A stretch of 64,000 bases of DNA from Terriglobia bacterium (GTDB taxonomy: Bacteria; Acidobacteriota; Terriglobia; 20CM-2-55-15): positions 224,001 through 288,000 of the forward strand of contig CBDAOY010000005.1 of NCBI GenBank assembly GCA_965198225.1. The letters run 5' to 3'. Below, piece by piece: positions 21,645-31,353 of this stretch. The notes below the pieces were generated by a model, which was not told the origin of the DNA, searched no databases, and saw only the letters and a list, made by a program, of their open reading frames with translations. The position numbers and the translations under genes are program-made. How positions within the stretch are numbered: position 1 is the stretch's first letter; every line of letters starts with the position of its first letter.

Positions 21645-21767
21645 AACCGCCGATTGCACGGACAGAATCCAGCCACGGATTGCACGGATTTAGCGGATTA
21701 GGGGTCGTCTCTCGGACAGCGCGCCACAGGCTTCTTCCTGTCCGCGGAATCCGTGTGATCCGTGGCC
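21645..21767. repeat. Palindromic repeat family B, solo copy
   Basis: agccacggattgcacggatttagcggatt ... atccgtgtgatccgtggc; the left arm is identical to the one at 46409. Confidence 0.85.
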
Positions 21768-21840
21768 TTCCTTCTTACTGTCATAGCTCCAGCCAGACGC
21801 GCTTTTTGTAGACCGTCCTCGCCACGTCTACCTCGGAAAT

Positions 21841-22023
21841 CTCAAATGAAGCAATTTCCAATGATCAACCTGCAATGTGGATTATTTCAAATATCGCGAT
21901 TTGCGATAGGACCGGGTTTCGTTTCGCTCAGAGATGACCTGGATCTATTGCAAATTGGTCAATGGACGAATCCTGATCGCAAGTTGGAGATTGGAAATTG
22001 CTCAATTTGTCATTGGTCAGAGC
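21841..22023. repeat. Repeat family E, paired arms
   Basis: gcaatttccaatg ... attggaaattgc inverted arms; homologous to 13781-14040. Confidence 0.75.
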
Positions 22024-22078
22024 GTCGAAAGAACGTTCCAACTATGACACCTGAGCGGAGTCGCTAGCTACGCGCTGC

Positions 22079-22087
22079 TGGTATAAT
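22079..22087 (+). promoter_or_regulatory. Extended -10 promoter (TGgTATAAT) of uvrA
   Basis: Consensus extended -10, 8 nt before ATG 22096, no SD. Confidence 0.6.
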
Positions 22088-22095
22088 TGTGGGTT

Positions 22096-24888
22096 ATGTC
22101 CAAGGCCTTGAAGTCGTCTGAGCAGGAACGGATCGTTGTCACCGGTGCCCGAGTCCACAACCTCAAGAACATTGATTTCGAGATTCCTCACAGCGCGCTG
22201 ACCGTGGTTACGGGCGTGAGCGGTTCCGGCAAGTCGTCGCTTGCGTTCGACACCATCTATGCGGAAGGGCAGCGCCGCTACATCGAATCGCTGTCGGCCT
22301 ACGCGAGGCAGTTCCTGGAGCGGATTGAGAGACCCGACATCGACGAAGCGACCGGAATCGCTCCAGCTATCGCGATCCGTCAGCGCAATACTGCCCGCAC
22401 ACCGCGATCCACGGTCGGCACCTCGACTGAAGTCAACGACTACATACGCCTGATGTTCGCACGTGTCGGCGTCACGCGATGTCGCGAGTGCGGAACGGTT
22501 GTGCAGAAAGACACGGTGGATCAGATTGCCGATGCCGTGACCTCCTGGTCTCAAGGGTCGCGCTTCTACGTTCTGTTTCCGCTGCCCCGGATGGACGGCG
22601 AAGAGGAGATAGCGAAGTGCCTCGGCGACCTCAAGCGCCGCGGTTTCGGGAGAATCTTCCAGGACGGTCGGACATACGAGTATTCGCGACCCGAATCGCT
22701 CCTCGACGTCAGGTTCGACCGTGCGACCTACGTGCTGGTCGACCGGCTCATGGTCGGCGATGATGTCCGGCAACGACTGGTCGACTCTGTCGAAATCTGC
22801 TTCCACGAAAACCGGGGCGAAGTCGTCCTCCAGGTTGCCGACACGGACGGCGGCAGTGCAGGCCAAACTCATCGCTTCAGCGAGCGCTTCGAATGCAAGA
22901 AGTGCGGTATCCGCTACGAAGATCCGGAACCGCGTCTGTTCTCGTTCAACAATCCTTTCGGAGCGTGCTCGAAGTGTCAGGGATTCGGCAACACGATAGA
23001 CCTCGACATGAACCTGGTGATTCCCGACAAAAGCAAGAGCCTCGTTCAGGGAGCCATCGAGCCATGGACCAAGCCGCGATACAAGAGCTATCTGACGGAC
23101 CTCAAGAAACGGGCATCTGCGGTGGACTTCCCGCTGGATGTGCCCTACCGCGACCTCGAACCTCAGCACCGGGAATTCGTCGTGAAACGCGTGCGGAAGT
23201 TCTTCGACTACCTGGAGACCAAGAAGTACAAACTGCACGTCCGGGTGTTCCTGAGCCGCTACCGCGGCTACACGGTCTGCCGTGCATGCGACGGATCGCG
23301 CCTCCGCCAGGAGGCACGCGACATATTCGTCGATGACAAGAACATCGCGGACATCTCTCGGATGTCGACCAGCGAGGCATTCGACTTCTTCCGCGGGCTG
23401 AAGCTATCCCCGTCCCAGTCGGAAATCGCCGAAAGAATCCTCTGGGAGATTCAGACGAGACTTCGGTTTCTAAACGACGTGGGGCTGCAGTACCTGACGC
23501 TGGATCGACTGTCCTCCACGCTGTCCGGCGGTGAGGCTCAGCGAATCCAGCTGGCTACCTCCCTTGGCTCGACCCTGGTCGGTGCCCTCTATGTCCTGGA
23601 CGAACCGTCTATCGGCCTGCACCCGCGCGACGGGCTCCGGCTGATCGACATCCTGAAACGGCTCAGGGGACTCGGCAATACTGTTCTGGTCGTCGAGCAT
23701 GACGCGGAGATGATTCGTTCGGCGGACTGGATCATCGACCTTGGTCCGGGTGCGGGCGAGAACGGCGGCAATCTGATCTTTCAGGGTCCGTTGCGCGAAC
23801 TCCAGAGGACGACGGCCTCGCTAACCGGGAAGTACCTGAACAACGAGCTCCGTGTGCCGCTGCCGAAACAGCGGCGAAAAAGGGGCAAGCAGAGGCTCAT
23901 CCTGCGCCAGGCAGCCATGCACAACCTGAAAGGCATCGACGTCGAGATCCCACTCGGGCTGATGACCTGTATCACCGGAGTCTCCGGGTCCGGAAAGTCG
24001 ACCCTGGTCCACGATTGTCTCTACGAGGCGTTGAAGTCGCACCTCCAGGGTACCGATCCACCTCCGGCCAGCGGCCGTGTGGAGACAAACTCCAAGTGGA
24101 TTGCCGACGTCGTCCTCGTCGACCAGAGCCCGATCGGCCGGACCCCCAGATCCAACCCGGTCACATACATCAAGGCGTTCGACCAGGTTCGGGATCTCTT
24201 CGCCGCCTCGCGAGAGTCCCATTCGCGTGGCTACACGGCGGGAAGCTTCTCGTTCAACATCCCCGGTGGAAGATGTGAAACCTGCCAGGGAGACGGCACG
24301 GTCACCGTTGAAATGCAGTTCCTCGCCGATGTCGAGCTCGTGTGCGAGGAGTGTAAGGGCATGCGCTACAAGAGCGGCGTCCTGGAAGTCCTCTACAAGG
24401 GCAAGAATATCTACGAGGTGCTTCAGATGACGGTCCGGGAGGCTCTCATGTTCTTCTCGAACGTCGGCCGTATCACAAAAAAGCTGACGATGCTCGAGGA
24501 AATCGGCCTGGGCTACCTGCGGCTCGGTCAGTCGGCTACGACTCTTTCAGGTGGTGAAGCCCAGAGAATCAAGCTAGCATCGTACCTGGCGAAGGACACG
24601 AGCAACAAGACGCTGTTTATTTTCGATGAGCCGACGACCGGCTTGCATTTCGACGACATCAACAAACTGCTTGTGGCCTTCCGGAGATTGATACGAGCCG
24701 GCGGATCGGTATTGATCATCGAGCACAACCTCGACGTCGTGAAATCCGCGGACTGGATCATCGACCTCGGTCCGGAAGGGGGAGACGGCGGCGGTCAGGT
24801 CGTGGCGGTCGGAACGCCCGAGCAGATCTCCAGGAGCCGAAAATCAACCACCGGTCAGTTTCTCAAGCCTGCACTGAAACTTTCGTAA
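22096..24888 (+). CDS. uvrA: Excinuclease ABC subunit A
   Basis: Two GVSGSGKS Walker A motifs, LSGGEAQR twice, zinc fingers, DEPSIGLH. Confidence 0.97.
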   Translation: MSKALKSSEQERIVVTGARVHNLKNIDFEIPHSALTVVTGVSGSGKSSLAFDTIYAEGQRRYIESLSAYARQFLERIERPDIDEATGIAPAIAIRQRNTARTPRSTVGTSTEVNDYIRLMFARVGVTRCRECGTVVQKDTVDQIADAVTSWSQGSRFYVLFPLPRMDGEEEIAKCLGDLKRRGFGRIFQDGRTYEYSRPESLLDVRFDRATYVLVDRLMVGDDVRQRLVDSVEICFHENRGEVVLQVADTDGGSAGQTHRFSERFECKKCGIRYEDPEPRLFSFNNPFGACSKCQGFGNTIDLDMNLVIPDKSKSLVQGAIEPWTKPRYKSYLTDLKKRASAVDFPLDVPYRDLEPQHREFVVKRVRKFFDYLETKKYKLHVRVFLSRYRGYTVCRACDGSRLRQEARDIFVDDKNIADISRMSTSEAFDFFRGLKLSPSQSEIAERILWEIQTRLRFLNDVGLQYLTLDRLSSTLSGGEAQRIQLATSLGSTLVGALYVLDEPSIGLHPRDGLRLIDILKRLRGLGNTVLVVEHDAEMIRSADWIIDLGPGAGENGGNLIFQGPLRELQRTTASLTGKYLNNELRVPLPKQRRKRGKQRLILRQAAMHNLKGIDVEIPLGLMTCITGVSGSGKSTLVHDCLYEALKSHLQGTDPPPASGRVETNSKWIADVVLVDQSPIGRTPRSNPVTYIKAFDQVRDLFAASRESHSRGYTAGSFSFNIPGGRCETCQGDGTVTVEMQFLADVELVCEECKGMRYKSGVLEVLYKGKNIYEVLQMTVREALMFFSNVGRITKKLTMLEEIGLGYLRLGQSATTLSGGEAQRIKLASYLAKDTSNKTLFIFDEPTTGLHFDDINKLLVAFRRLIRAGGSVLIIEHNLDVVKSADWIIDLGPEGGDGGGQVVAVGTPEQISRSRKSTTGQFLKPALKLS

Positions 24889-24924
24889 ATCTCGGGAACT
24901 CGATCGGAATTGAGAAGAAGAGAT

Positions 24925-25005
24925 AACCACGGACGCACGGAGACACAGAGTTATGTTCTCGACGCGAACCTACAAATCCCTCCGTGCCTCGGCGCCTCCG
25001 TGGTT
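24925..25005. repeat. Palindromic repeat family A (AACCACGGAGGCACGGAG arms)
   Basis: aaccacggacgcacggagacacagag ... ctccgtgcctcggcgcctccgtggtt. Confidence 0.85.
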
Positions 25006-25092
25006 GAGGTTTCTTCTTGTCATCCGCGTCAAGCGATAGGGGAACGACTCGATTTGAAGGCGTCGAGAAAACGGTTTGGCTGCTGTTAGGCA

Positions 25093-26322
25093 ATGATTAT
25101 TCGACTGGCGCTTCTCCTCATCCTGGCTCAAGAACCGACGCAGCTGCTCCCGCTCGAACAGATGTACGAGCAGGCAGTGGAATTGATGGAGGCCGGGGAG
25201 TGGGACAACGCGATCGAGCAGCTCGAGGCGATCCGCCACGAAGAGCCCGATCACGTCCCGACGCTGTTCAACCTGGCAATCAGTCTGTCAGAGACAGGCC
25301 GAGTCGATCGCGCCGTCGCGTTGTATCAGGAAATCCTGGAGTTTGACCGAACCCTCTTCGAAGCACAGATGAACCTGGCCATTCTGCTGTACGAATCCGG
25401 GAACTCGGAAGGTGCAATCGAGGAGTTCGCCCGCGCGGCTGCCCTTGCTCCAGACGACCCTGTTCCGGTTCTTTACCGTGCACAGACTCTCGATCAGTCC
25501 GGGCGCGACGCGGAGGCTGAGCAGGAATACCGCAGGGTGCTCGCGATCGACCCCGAAGTGGCCGATGCCTGGGAGAAGCTGGGGTTCCTCTACCGCCGTG
25601 CCGAACGGGGCGAGGAAGCCTACGAGGCGTTGATCCAGGCTCGACGCCTGGGCGTCCGATCTCCTGCCGTGTTCATCAGCCTCGGAGATCTGGCGGTTGA
25701 TCGAAACGACTTGACCGCGGCGAAAGATCACTTCGAGAACGCCAACCGGCTCCTCCCCGATGACGAAGACGTTCAACTCCGCCTGGCCTTGACCTTACGA
25801 GATCTGGAGGAATTCCCGGCCGCAATCGAGCTCCTCGAGAAGCTGCCGACAGCAAAGGAGGCGCTCGGAGAAGCCTATTTTGCAAGCGAAGCATACGATC
25901 ACGCCCTCCTCGTATACGAGAGTCTCGTGGGGGCGAACCCCGACAACGCCGATTATTGGTATCTGGTCGGCCGCAGCCTCTTCGAAATGGATCGTCGAGA
26001 ACAGGCCATCCCCTACCTCCAGAAGTCGCTGGTGCTCGAACCCGGGCGGGTCGCCGGCTGGGGGACACTCGCCGCTATTCATTACAGGATCGAGGATTGG
26101 GTCAACGCCGGCGCGATGTTGCTGAAGTACCTGGAACTCGAACCCGACCACGCACCGTCGCACTTCGCGCTGGCGACCTGCTTCGACAAATTAGGCAACT
26201 TCGAAAAAGCGCTGCTGCACTATAATAGATTTACCGAACTCGACGATGGGAGCGACGATGTACGATCCTTCCAGGTGCGACAGAGGGCCAAAGCTCTCCG
26301 TTTGCGTCTCAAGAAGAACTAA
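25093..26322 (+). CDS. Secreted tetratricopeptide repeat protein
   Basis: Signal-like N-terminus and multiple TPR-like repeats. Confidence 0.85.
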   Translation: MIIRLALLLILAQEPTQLLPLEQMYEQAVELMEAGEWDNAIEQLEAIRHEEPDHVPTLFNLAISLSETGRVDRAVALYQEILEFDRTLFEAQMNLAILLYESGNSEGAIEEFARAAALAPDDPVPVLYRAQTLDQSGRDAEAEQEYRRVLAIDPEVADAWEKLGFLYRRAERGEEAYEALIQARRLGVRSPAVFISLGDLAVDRNDLTAAKDHFENANRLLPDDEDVQLRLALTLRDLEEFPAAIELLEKLPTAKEALGEAYFASEAYDHALLVYESLVGANPDNADYWYLVGRSLFEMDRREQAIPYLQKSLVLEPGRVAGWGTLAAIHYRIEDWVNAGAMLLKYLELEPDHAPSHFALATCFDKLGNFEKALLHYNRFTELDDGSDDVRSFQVRQRAKALRLRLKKN

Positions 26323-26836
26323 CCCAAGCCGCCTGCGAATATTCGTTCTGTTTCTATTGGCGATCAACCTTGCCGCCTGCTCGGCGCGCCCCAATGTGTT
26401 TTCCGAGCCACGCGACGAACGCCTGCGCAGGTTTGATCGAGAGCGTGCACAACTTCAACGCACTACAGATCCCGTCGGTCGGACCAAGATCCATATCCGA
26501 CTCTCGGAGTTAAGAATCAGTTTCGTTGGCGACGCCGTAGATATTGGTGACTTCGAGATGATGGAGGAACACCTCGAGGGATACCGGACGACCATCAAAG
26601 AAGCCCGCGACACGATGATGAATTCCGGACGGGATGCATCCCGCCGGTCGGGCGGTTTTCGGGAGTTGGAAATTGCCCTGAGGCAGCACATGAGACAGCT
26701 CGACGACATCGGGGGCCGCTTGACCTTCCAGTACCGAGATCCGGTCGAAGAAGTCATTACCGAGGTTTCCGAGATTCGTGACGAGCTGTTGAGAGCTTTG
26801 TTTCCGGACGGAAATGCGACTTCGAGCAGCCACTAG
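26246..26836 (+). CDS. Hypothetical helical lipoprotein (true start probably near 26333)
   Basis: Hydrophobic stretch ending in lipobox LAAC; helical body; tightly packed in the operon. Confidence 0.65.
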   Translation: MGATMYDPSRCDRGPKLSVCVSRRTNPSRLRIFVLFLLAINLAACSARPNVFSEPRDERLRRFDRERAQLQRTTDPVGRTKIHIRLSELRISFVGDAVDIGDFEMMEEHLEGYRTTIKEARDTMMNSGRDASRRSGGFRELEIALRQHMRQLDDIGGRLTFQYRDPVEEVITEVSEIRDELLRALFPDGNATSSSH

Positions 26837-27431
26837 TCTATTGGCCGCCTCCCTGGTGGCGGGTGCATTGAGCGTGACCGTGGTCGCGGCCGCAGAGTAC
26901 TTCACCGTACTGGAGATCGACCAGATTCGGGAGGCCCAGGAGATCGGAAGGCGGGTCCCCGTCTTCCTCAACATCGCCCAGACCCGGCTCGTGTACCTCG
27001 GGCTGCAGGAAGTGGAGAAGAAAGAAGAAGGTAAGGCTTCAAGAGTGGCGAAGGCGCTCGTGTCCGTGTTCCAGCCCGGGATGGCAGTCGAGGCCGAGAA
27101 GGCCGAAGCCGAAGCGAAGACCCGGGCCGAAGAGAGCGACGCGGAGCTGGTCGAGTTCACACGAACCGAACTGCTGCGTGGCATCTACCAGGCTCTCGAA
27201 GAGGCGATGGACAACATCGACGACGCTTACGAGCGGAAACGGGGTGACGTCCGTGGGCCGCTCGAGGAACTGAAGCAGTTCACCGAAACCACGATACCGC
27301 TGCTAAAGCGATTCGAACCCGAAACCTCACGCGAGAAATCCGCGCTCCAGGATGCGCTCGAGCAGGCAGAACTGGCGCTCGAAGGGGCCACGAGCGCTCT
27401 CGAAATCGTTCCCAAGACTCCGAAGCCCTAG
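26814..27431 (+). CDS. Hypothetical secreted helical protein
   Basis: Signal-peptide-like N-terminus; overlaps the upstream gene and abuts the downstream gene. Confidence 0.7.
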   Translation: MRLRAATSLLAASLVAGALSVTVVAAAEYFTVLEIDQIREAQEIGRRVPVFLNIAQTRLVYLGLQEVEKKEEGKASRVAKALVSVFQPGMAVEAEKAEAEAKTRAEESDAELVEFTRTELLRGIYQALEEAMDNIDDAYERKRGDVRGPLEELKQFTETTIPLLKRFEPETSREKSALQDALEQAELALEGATSALEIVPKTPKP

Positions 27432-28160
27432 ATGTCTCAGCTTTCCCTCAGGTTCGAGGAGTTCCCTCCGGGCGTGGGCAACCTCGAGTTTGCCTTCAAG
27501 ACCGTCCATCGTCGACTGAAACCGCGAACGCCCCTGCCCTCGATAGAGAGTGAGTTCTTCCCCTCCGTCGGGGCCAACCACAGCGCAACGCTGGAGGATG
27601 GGGTTCTCCGGGTCCGCGTCAGCGACCTGTTCGCCCAAGCGCCGCTGGAAGTCCTGGAGACCGTCGCGACGATCCTTCTCTCGAAAATCTACCGCAAGAA
27701 AGTCGATCCCCAACACCACAGGGAGTACCGTCGTTTCACGATGAGTGAAGAGATGATCGAGCGCAGCCGGCGCGTTCGGTCTCAGAGGGGTCGCCGAGCG
27801 AGAACGACAGGCCCGGTCGGATCCCATTGGAACCTGGAGGTGCTGTTCGCCGAAGTGAACGCTCGCTACTTCGACGGTACCCTCCGCAAGCCGGAGTTGT
27901 CATGGACCCCGCGCAAAGCACGATCGGTGCTGGGCAGGTACAACTACGACGACGACGTCATCTTCATCAGCCGTCTCCTCGATTCGAAGGCTATCCCCAG
28001 TTACGTCGTCGCATACATCCTCTTTCACGAAATGCTGCACGTGAAACACCAGCCCCGGATCTCCAATCTCCGGGAAATCGTCCACACCCCCGAATTCCGC
28101 AAAGAAGAAAAGCAGTTCGAGCACTACGACGCCGCCAACCTCTGGTTGAAAGAAAACTGA
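27432..28160 (+). CDS. SprT/YgjP-like zinc metallopeptidase
   Basis: LFAEVNARYF..L, HEMLH zinc motif, HTPEF. Confidence 0.85.
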   Translation: MSQLSLRFEEFPPGVGNLEFAFKTVHRRLKPRTPLPSIESEFFPSVGANHSATLEDGVLRVRVSDLFAQAPLEVLETVATILLSKIYRKKVDPQHHREYRRFTMSEEMIERSRRVRSQRGRRARTTGPVGSHWNLEVLFAEVNARYFDGTLRKPELSWTPRKARSVLGRYNYDDDVIFISRLLDSKAIPSYVVAYILFHEMLHVKHQPRISNLREIVHTPEFRKEEKQFEHYDAANLWLKEN

Positions 28161-28190
28161 AGAAGTAGTCAGGTGTCCGTGGCAGAACCG

Positions 28191-28243
28191 ACTCCCCTCC
28201 TGCCAAGGAGGGGTGGATGCGCCGAAGGTGAAGACGGGGTGGT
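28191..28243. repeat. CCCCTCC...GGAGGGG hairpin repeat
   Basis: actcccctcctgccaaggaggggtgg...ggggtggt just downstream of a stop codon. Confidence 0.5.
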
Positions 28244-28304
28244 TCTTCCCACTCATCACTTTTCACTCGTCACTCGTCTCTCCCCCACAAAAACTCACAG
28301 GGAC

Positions 28305-28411
28305 TGTGGAAAAGCTTGTGGAAAAGCGGTGCTGTGTCGCTCTAAGCAGCCCTAAAACTAAGGTTTATAGCGTCTTGCGCTGATTCAAGGCGGGCGCGAA
28401 GCTGTGGAAAG
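28305..28411 (-). promoter_or_regulatory. Cluster of DnaA-box-like 9-mers
   Basis: TTTTCCACA on the minus strand at 28305-28313 and 28317-28325, plus a one-mismatch copy at 28403-28411. Confidence 0.35.
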
Positions 28412-28453
28412 TCCGGTAAATTTTTCGAAGCAAACGCACTCCTTGCGTGCTGG

Positions 28454-28560
28454 ACACCCGGGGACAGGGCAAGCCCTGTCCCCCTCACATCGGTTCTCTC
28501 ACGGCGCTTTACGCTCAGCGAAAGAGCAAAATCTTGGTGCCTTCGCGCCTCCGTGGTTAA
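28454..28560. repeat. Composite repeat: family D hairpin plus family A arm
   Basis: Collinear with the reverse complement of 53555-53660. Confidence 0.8.
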
Positions 28561-28564
28561 TGTC

Positions 28565-29596
28565 TTAAGCGGGGACGGTGGGGAGAATTTCCAGGATGAG
28601 GTCTTTGAGCTGCGCAATACCTTCGCCCGTCTTGGCGGAGATCAGGGCCTCGCCCGTCCGGGTGGCGCGGGGGATCTCCACCAGGTCGGCCTTGTTGTAG
28701 ATCGTCAAACAGGGGTGGCCGCCCGCACCGAGATCCTCGAGTACGTCGACGACCACACGTGTCTTCTCCTCGTAAAGGGGATCGGAGACGTCGACGACGT
28801 GCAGAATCAAGTCGGCGGCGACGACCTCTTCCAGGGTCGCTCGAAACGCGGTCACCAACTGGTGAGGGAGTTTGCGGATGAAGCCGACCGTATCGGAAAC
28901 CAGAACCGGGGCGCCCGCGATGCGGATACGCCGGATCAGCGGGTCGAGCGTGGCAAACAGACGGCCCGAGACGACGGTCTCCTCACCCGACAACCTCGAA
29001 AACAGGGTCGATTTGCCAGCGTTCGTATAACCCACAAGCGACACCACGGGCACATGGCTCCGTTTCCGGCGCGATCGGTGGAGCTGCCGCTGTTTGCGGA
29101 CTTGTTCGATCTCCCGCTTCAGCTTACCAATCCGCTGACGGATCCGGCGGCGATCGACTTCGAGCTTGGTTTCACCCGGCCCGCGGGTTCCGATACCGCC
29201 GCCAAGCCGGGAGAGCCACTCACTCCGGCCCGCGAGGTGGGACACGCGGTAGTTGAGCTGGGCCAGTTCGACCTGCAATTTGCCTTCGCGCGTCTGGGCG
29301 CGACGGGCGAAGATGTCTAGGATCAGGCCGGTGCGATCGATGATCGTGACATCGAGCGTGTCCTCGAGGTTTCGTATCTGGCTCGGGCTCAAGTCTGCAT
29401 CGAAGATCACAAGGTCGGCGCCCTCGACCAGGACTTCCTCTCGGAGTTCGAAGGCCTTCCCCCTACCCACGAAGAACGTGGGATCGGGTTTGTCCCGATG
29501 CTGGATGACCTCTTTGAGGACACGTGCGCCGGCGGCTCCGGCCAGTTCCCGAAGTTCGTCGAGGGAGTGAAACCCGACCAGTATGGCTGATTCCAT
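28565..29596 (-). CDS. hflX: GTPase HflX
   Basis: IDRT.LILDIFA.RA, GPGETKLE, GYTNAGKS, FATLD, DTVGF, NKAD; follows hfq. Confidence 0.96.
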   Translation of the reverse strand: MESAILVGFHSLDELRELAGAAGARVLKEVIQHRDKPDPTFFVGRGKAFELREEVLVEGADLVIFDADLSPSQIRNLEDTLDVTIIDRTGLILDIFARRAQTREGKLQVELAQLNYRVSHLAGRSEWLSRLGGGIGTRGPGETKLEVDRRRIRQRIGKLKREIEQVRKQRQLHRSRRKRSHVPVVSLVGYTNAGKSTLFSRLSGEETVVSGRLFATLDPLIRRIRIAGAPVLVSDTVGFIRKLPHQLVTAFRATLEEVVAADLILHVVDVSDPLYEEKTRVVVDVLEDLGAGGHPCLTIYNKADLVEIPRATRTGEALISAKTGEGIAQLKDLILEILPTVPA

Positions 29597-29602
29597 TTAT
29601 TA

Positions 29603-29893
29603 GCGTCGGGCCCACCGTCCCCCTCTGCCCAAACTGAGAGAGTTGGCGGGCGCCGCCTCTGCTCGATCTGTCGCGGAGAAAGACCGCTGGTCCGGTCCCC
29701 CCACGCCCCAGAGTTATTCGCGTCGGGCCCACCGTCCCCCTCTGCTCCAAACTGAGAGAGTTGCCGGGCGCCGCCTCTGCTCGATCTGTCGCGGAGAAAG
29801 ACCGCTGGTCCGGTCCCCCCACGCCCCAGAGTTATTCGCGTCGGGCCCACCGTCCCCCTCTGCTCCAAACTGAGAGAGTTGGCGGGCGCCGCC
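29603..29893. repeat. Tandem array, about 2.5 copies of a 118-bp unit
   Basis: Units start at 29603, 29720 and 29838 and are near-identical. Confidence 0.95.
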
Positions 29894-29909
29894 CATGAGC
29901 CTCGGGGAG

Positions 29910-29979
29910 GTGTAGGTGCGGTCTATGACCGCACATTAGTTCCGTTTCGGTGGATGTGCGCTCATAGAGCGCACCTACA
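29910..29979. repeat. REP doublet family C (GTAG-GTGCG[GC]TCTATGA[CG]CGCAC)
   Basis: Inverted pair of GTAG-headed hairpins; also at 35852, 41575 and 52255. Confidence 0.88.
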
Positions 29980-30023
29980 GTCACTTTTCACTCGTCACTA
30001 CTCTCGGGGTTCTCTTGGTTCGC

Positions 30024-30100
30024 TTGGCCGCTCGCGCGGTTCAGCCGGCCGCTCGCGCGGTTCAGCTGGCCGCTCGCGCGGTTCAGCTGGCCGCTCGCGG
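30024..30100. repeat. 21-bp tandem repeat encoding PRERPAE on the minus strand
   Basis: tggccgctcgcgcggttcagc repeated about 3.5 times. Confidence 0.85.
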
Positions 30101-30337
30101 GGGTGGTCGCGGGGGACCGTGGCCTCCGGCTTGCTTCGAAGTCGTAACAGTGGAGATGGCGTGCTTGAAGATGAGCTGTTCCTGGTGGTTCGCCTCGAGG
30201 ATGACCGAATACTTGTCGAAACCGCGAAGTCGGCCCATCAGCTTGACGCCGCTCATCAGGAATATGGTGACCGGCAACTTTTCCCGCCGAACGGTGTTGA
30301 GATAGACGTCTTGGATATTCTGAGACTTGCCTTCCAT
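30083..30337 (-). CDS. hfq: RNA chaperone Hfq (the tail may extend to 29998 after a 1-nt frameshift)
   Basis: [34 protein letters not shown]. Confidence 0.95.
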   Translation of the reverse strand: MEGKSQNIQDVYLNTVRREKLPVTIFLMSGVKLMGRLRGFDKYSVILEANHQEQLIFKHAISTVTTSKQAGGHGPPRPPPRAAS

Positions 30338-30362
30338 AGGGAACTCCCCCAAAAAGATAGAG

Positions 30363-31352
30363 TTAACTTCGAGACGCGGTGTCCGGCGGGGGGCCGGAAT
30401 GCGCGCTCAAAGCATGTTTTACAAACTGATGGACTCTTTTTCTGATCTTTTCATCATTTCCGAATCCATCGAACCATTGAACCGAATGCTGCCTGTTGAA
30501 CCAGGTTAACTGTCGCTTCGCGTACCGGCGGGTATCGCGTTGCATCAACATTATCGCCTCATCACGGGCGGTTTTTCCATCAAGATAGTCCAGAACATGG
30601 CGGTAGCCTATCGCTTCAAACGCCTTTGAGGTCGGGGCAACATCGGAGGCGAGCAAGCCGCGCACCTCTTCGGGCAGCCCCCGCTCCCACATATCCACTA
30701 CCCTCTGGTTGATTCGATCGTAAAGCGCCTGGCGGGGCGGATCGAGACCGATCAGCGTGAAGCTGAAGCCGACCAGGGGAGTCCTGGCCTCCTGGTCCAG
30801 ATGCTCGGAAAGGCGTTTGCCGGTCTCGAGCCGGACCTCGATGGCACGGATGACCTTCGGCTTGTCTCGAGGGGCAATCCTGCCGGCGGCGTCCGGATCG
30901 AGTCGCTCCAGGACACGATGAATGTGCGCACGGCCGCGGGTCTCGGCCGTGCGTTCCAACCTTTCCCGCCAGTAATCAGAGCGCCGGGGTCCCGCAAACA
31001 GACCTTCGAGGAGAGCCCGAAGATAGAGCCCCGTCCCACCGACAAGAACGGGGACGCGTCCACGTTCGCGAATCTCCGACATGACGGCGCGGGCCCGCCG
31101 CTGGTAGTCGCCAGCGCTGGACCGTTCCGCAGGATCAAGGACGTCGATCAGGTGGTGAGGTACTCGCTCCCGATCCCGCACGGAGGGCTTGGCCGTCCCG
31201 ATGTCGAGGTGACGGACGAGGTGGAGGGAATCATAATTGATGATCTCCCCGTCGAATTCTTCCGCGATTCCCAGGGCAAGCTCGGACTTGCCGCTGGCGG
31301 TCGGGCCCGCGATGGCGATCGCGGGATGGGAGGCGGAAACGGGTGGGCTCAA
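30363..31352 (-). CDS. miaA: tRNA dimethylallyltransferase
   Basis: [33 protein letters not shown]. The start was placed at TTG 31352 because the ORF-track start lies inside the MITE. Confidence 0.95.
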   Translation of the reverse strand: MSPPVSASHPAIAIAGPTASGKSELALGIAEEFDGEIINYDSLHLVRHLDIGTAKPSVRDRERVPHHLIDVLDPAERSSAGDYQRRARAVMSEIRERGRVPVLVGGTGLYLRALLEGLFAGPRRSDYWRERLERTAETRGRAHIHRVLERLDPDAAGRIAPRDKPKVIRAIEVRLETGKRLSEHLDQEARTPLVGFSFTLIGLDPPRQALYDRINQRVVDMWERGLPEEVRGLLASDVAPTSKAFEAIGYRHVLDYLDGKTARDEAIMLMQRDTRRYAKRQLTWFNRQHSVQWFDGFGNDEKIRKRVHQFVKHALSAHSGPPPDTASRS

Positions 31353-31353
31353 G

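Noticed and set aside
28161-28564. Chromosomal origin oriC
   Set aside because: Only two perfect boxes, no dnaA/dnaN or gidA nearby, and the flanking genes converge on the site.
29603-29893. CRISPR array interpretation of the 118-bp array
   Set aside because: The intervening segments are identical rather than unique spacers, and no cas genes are present.
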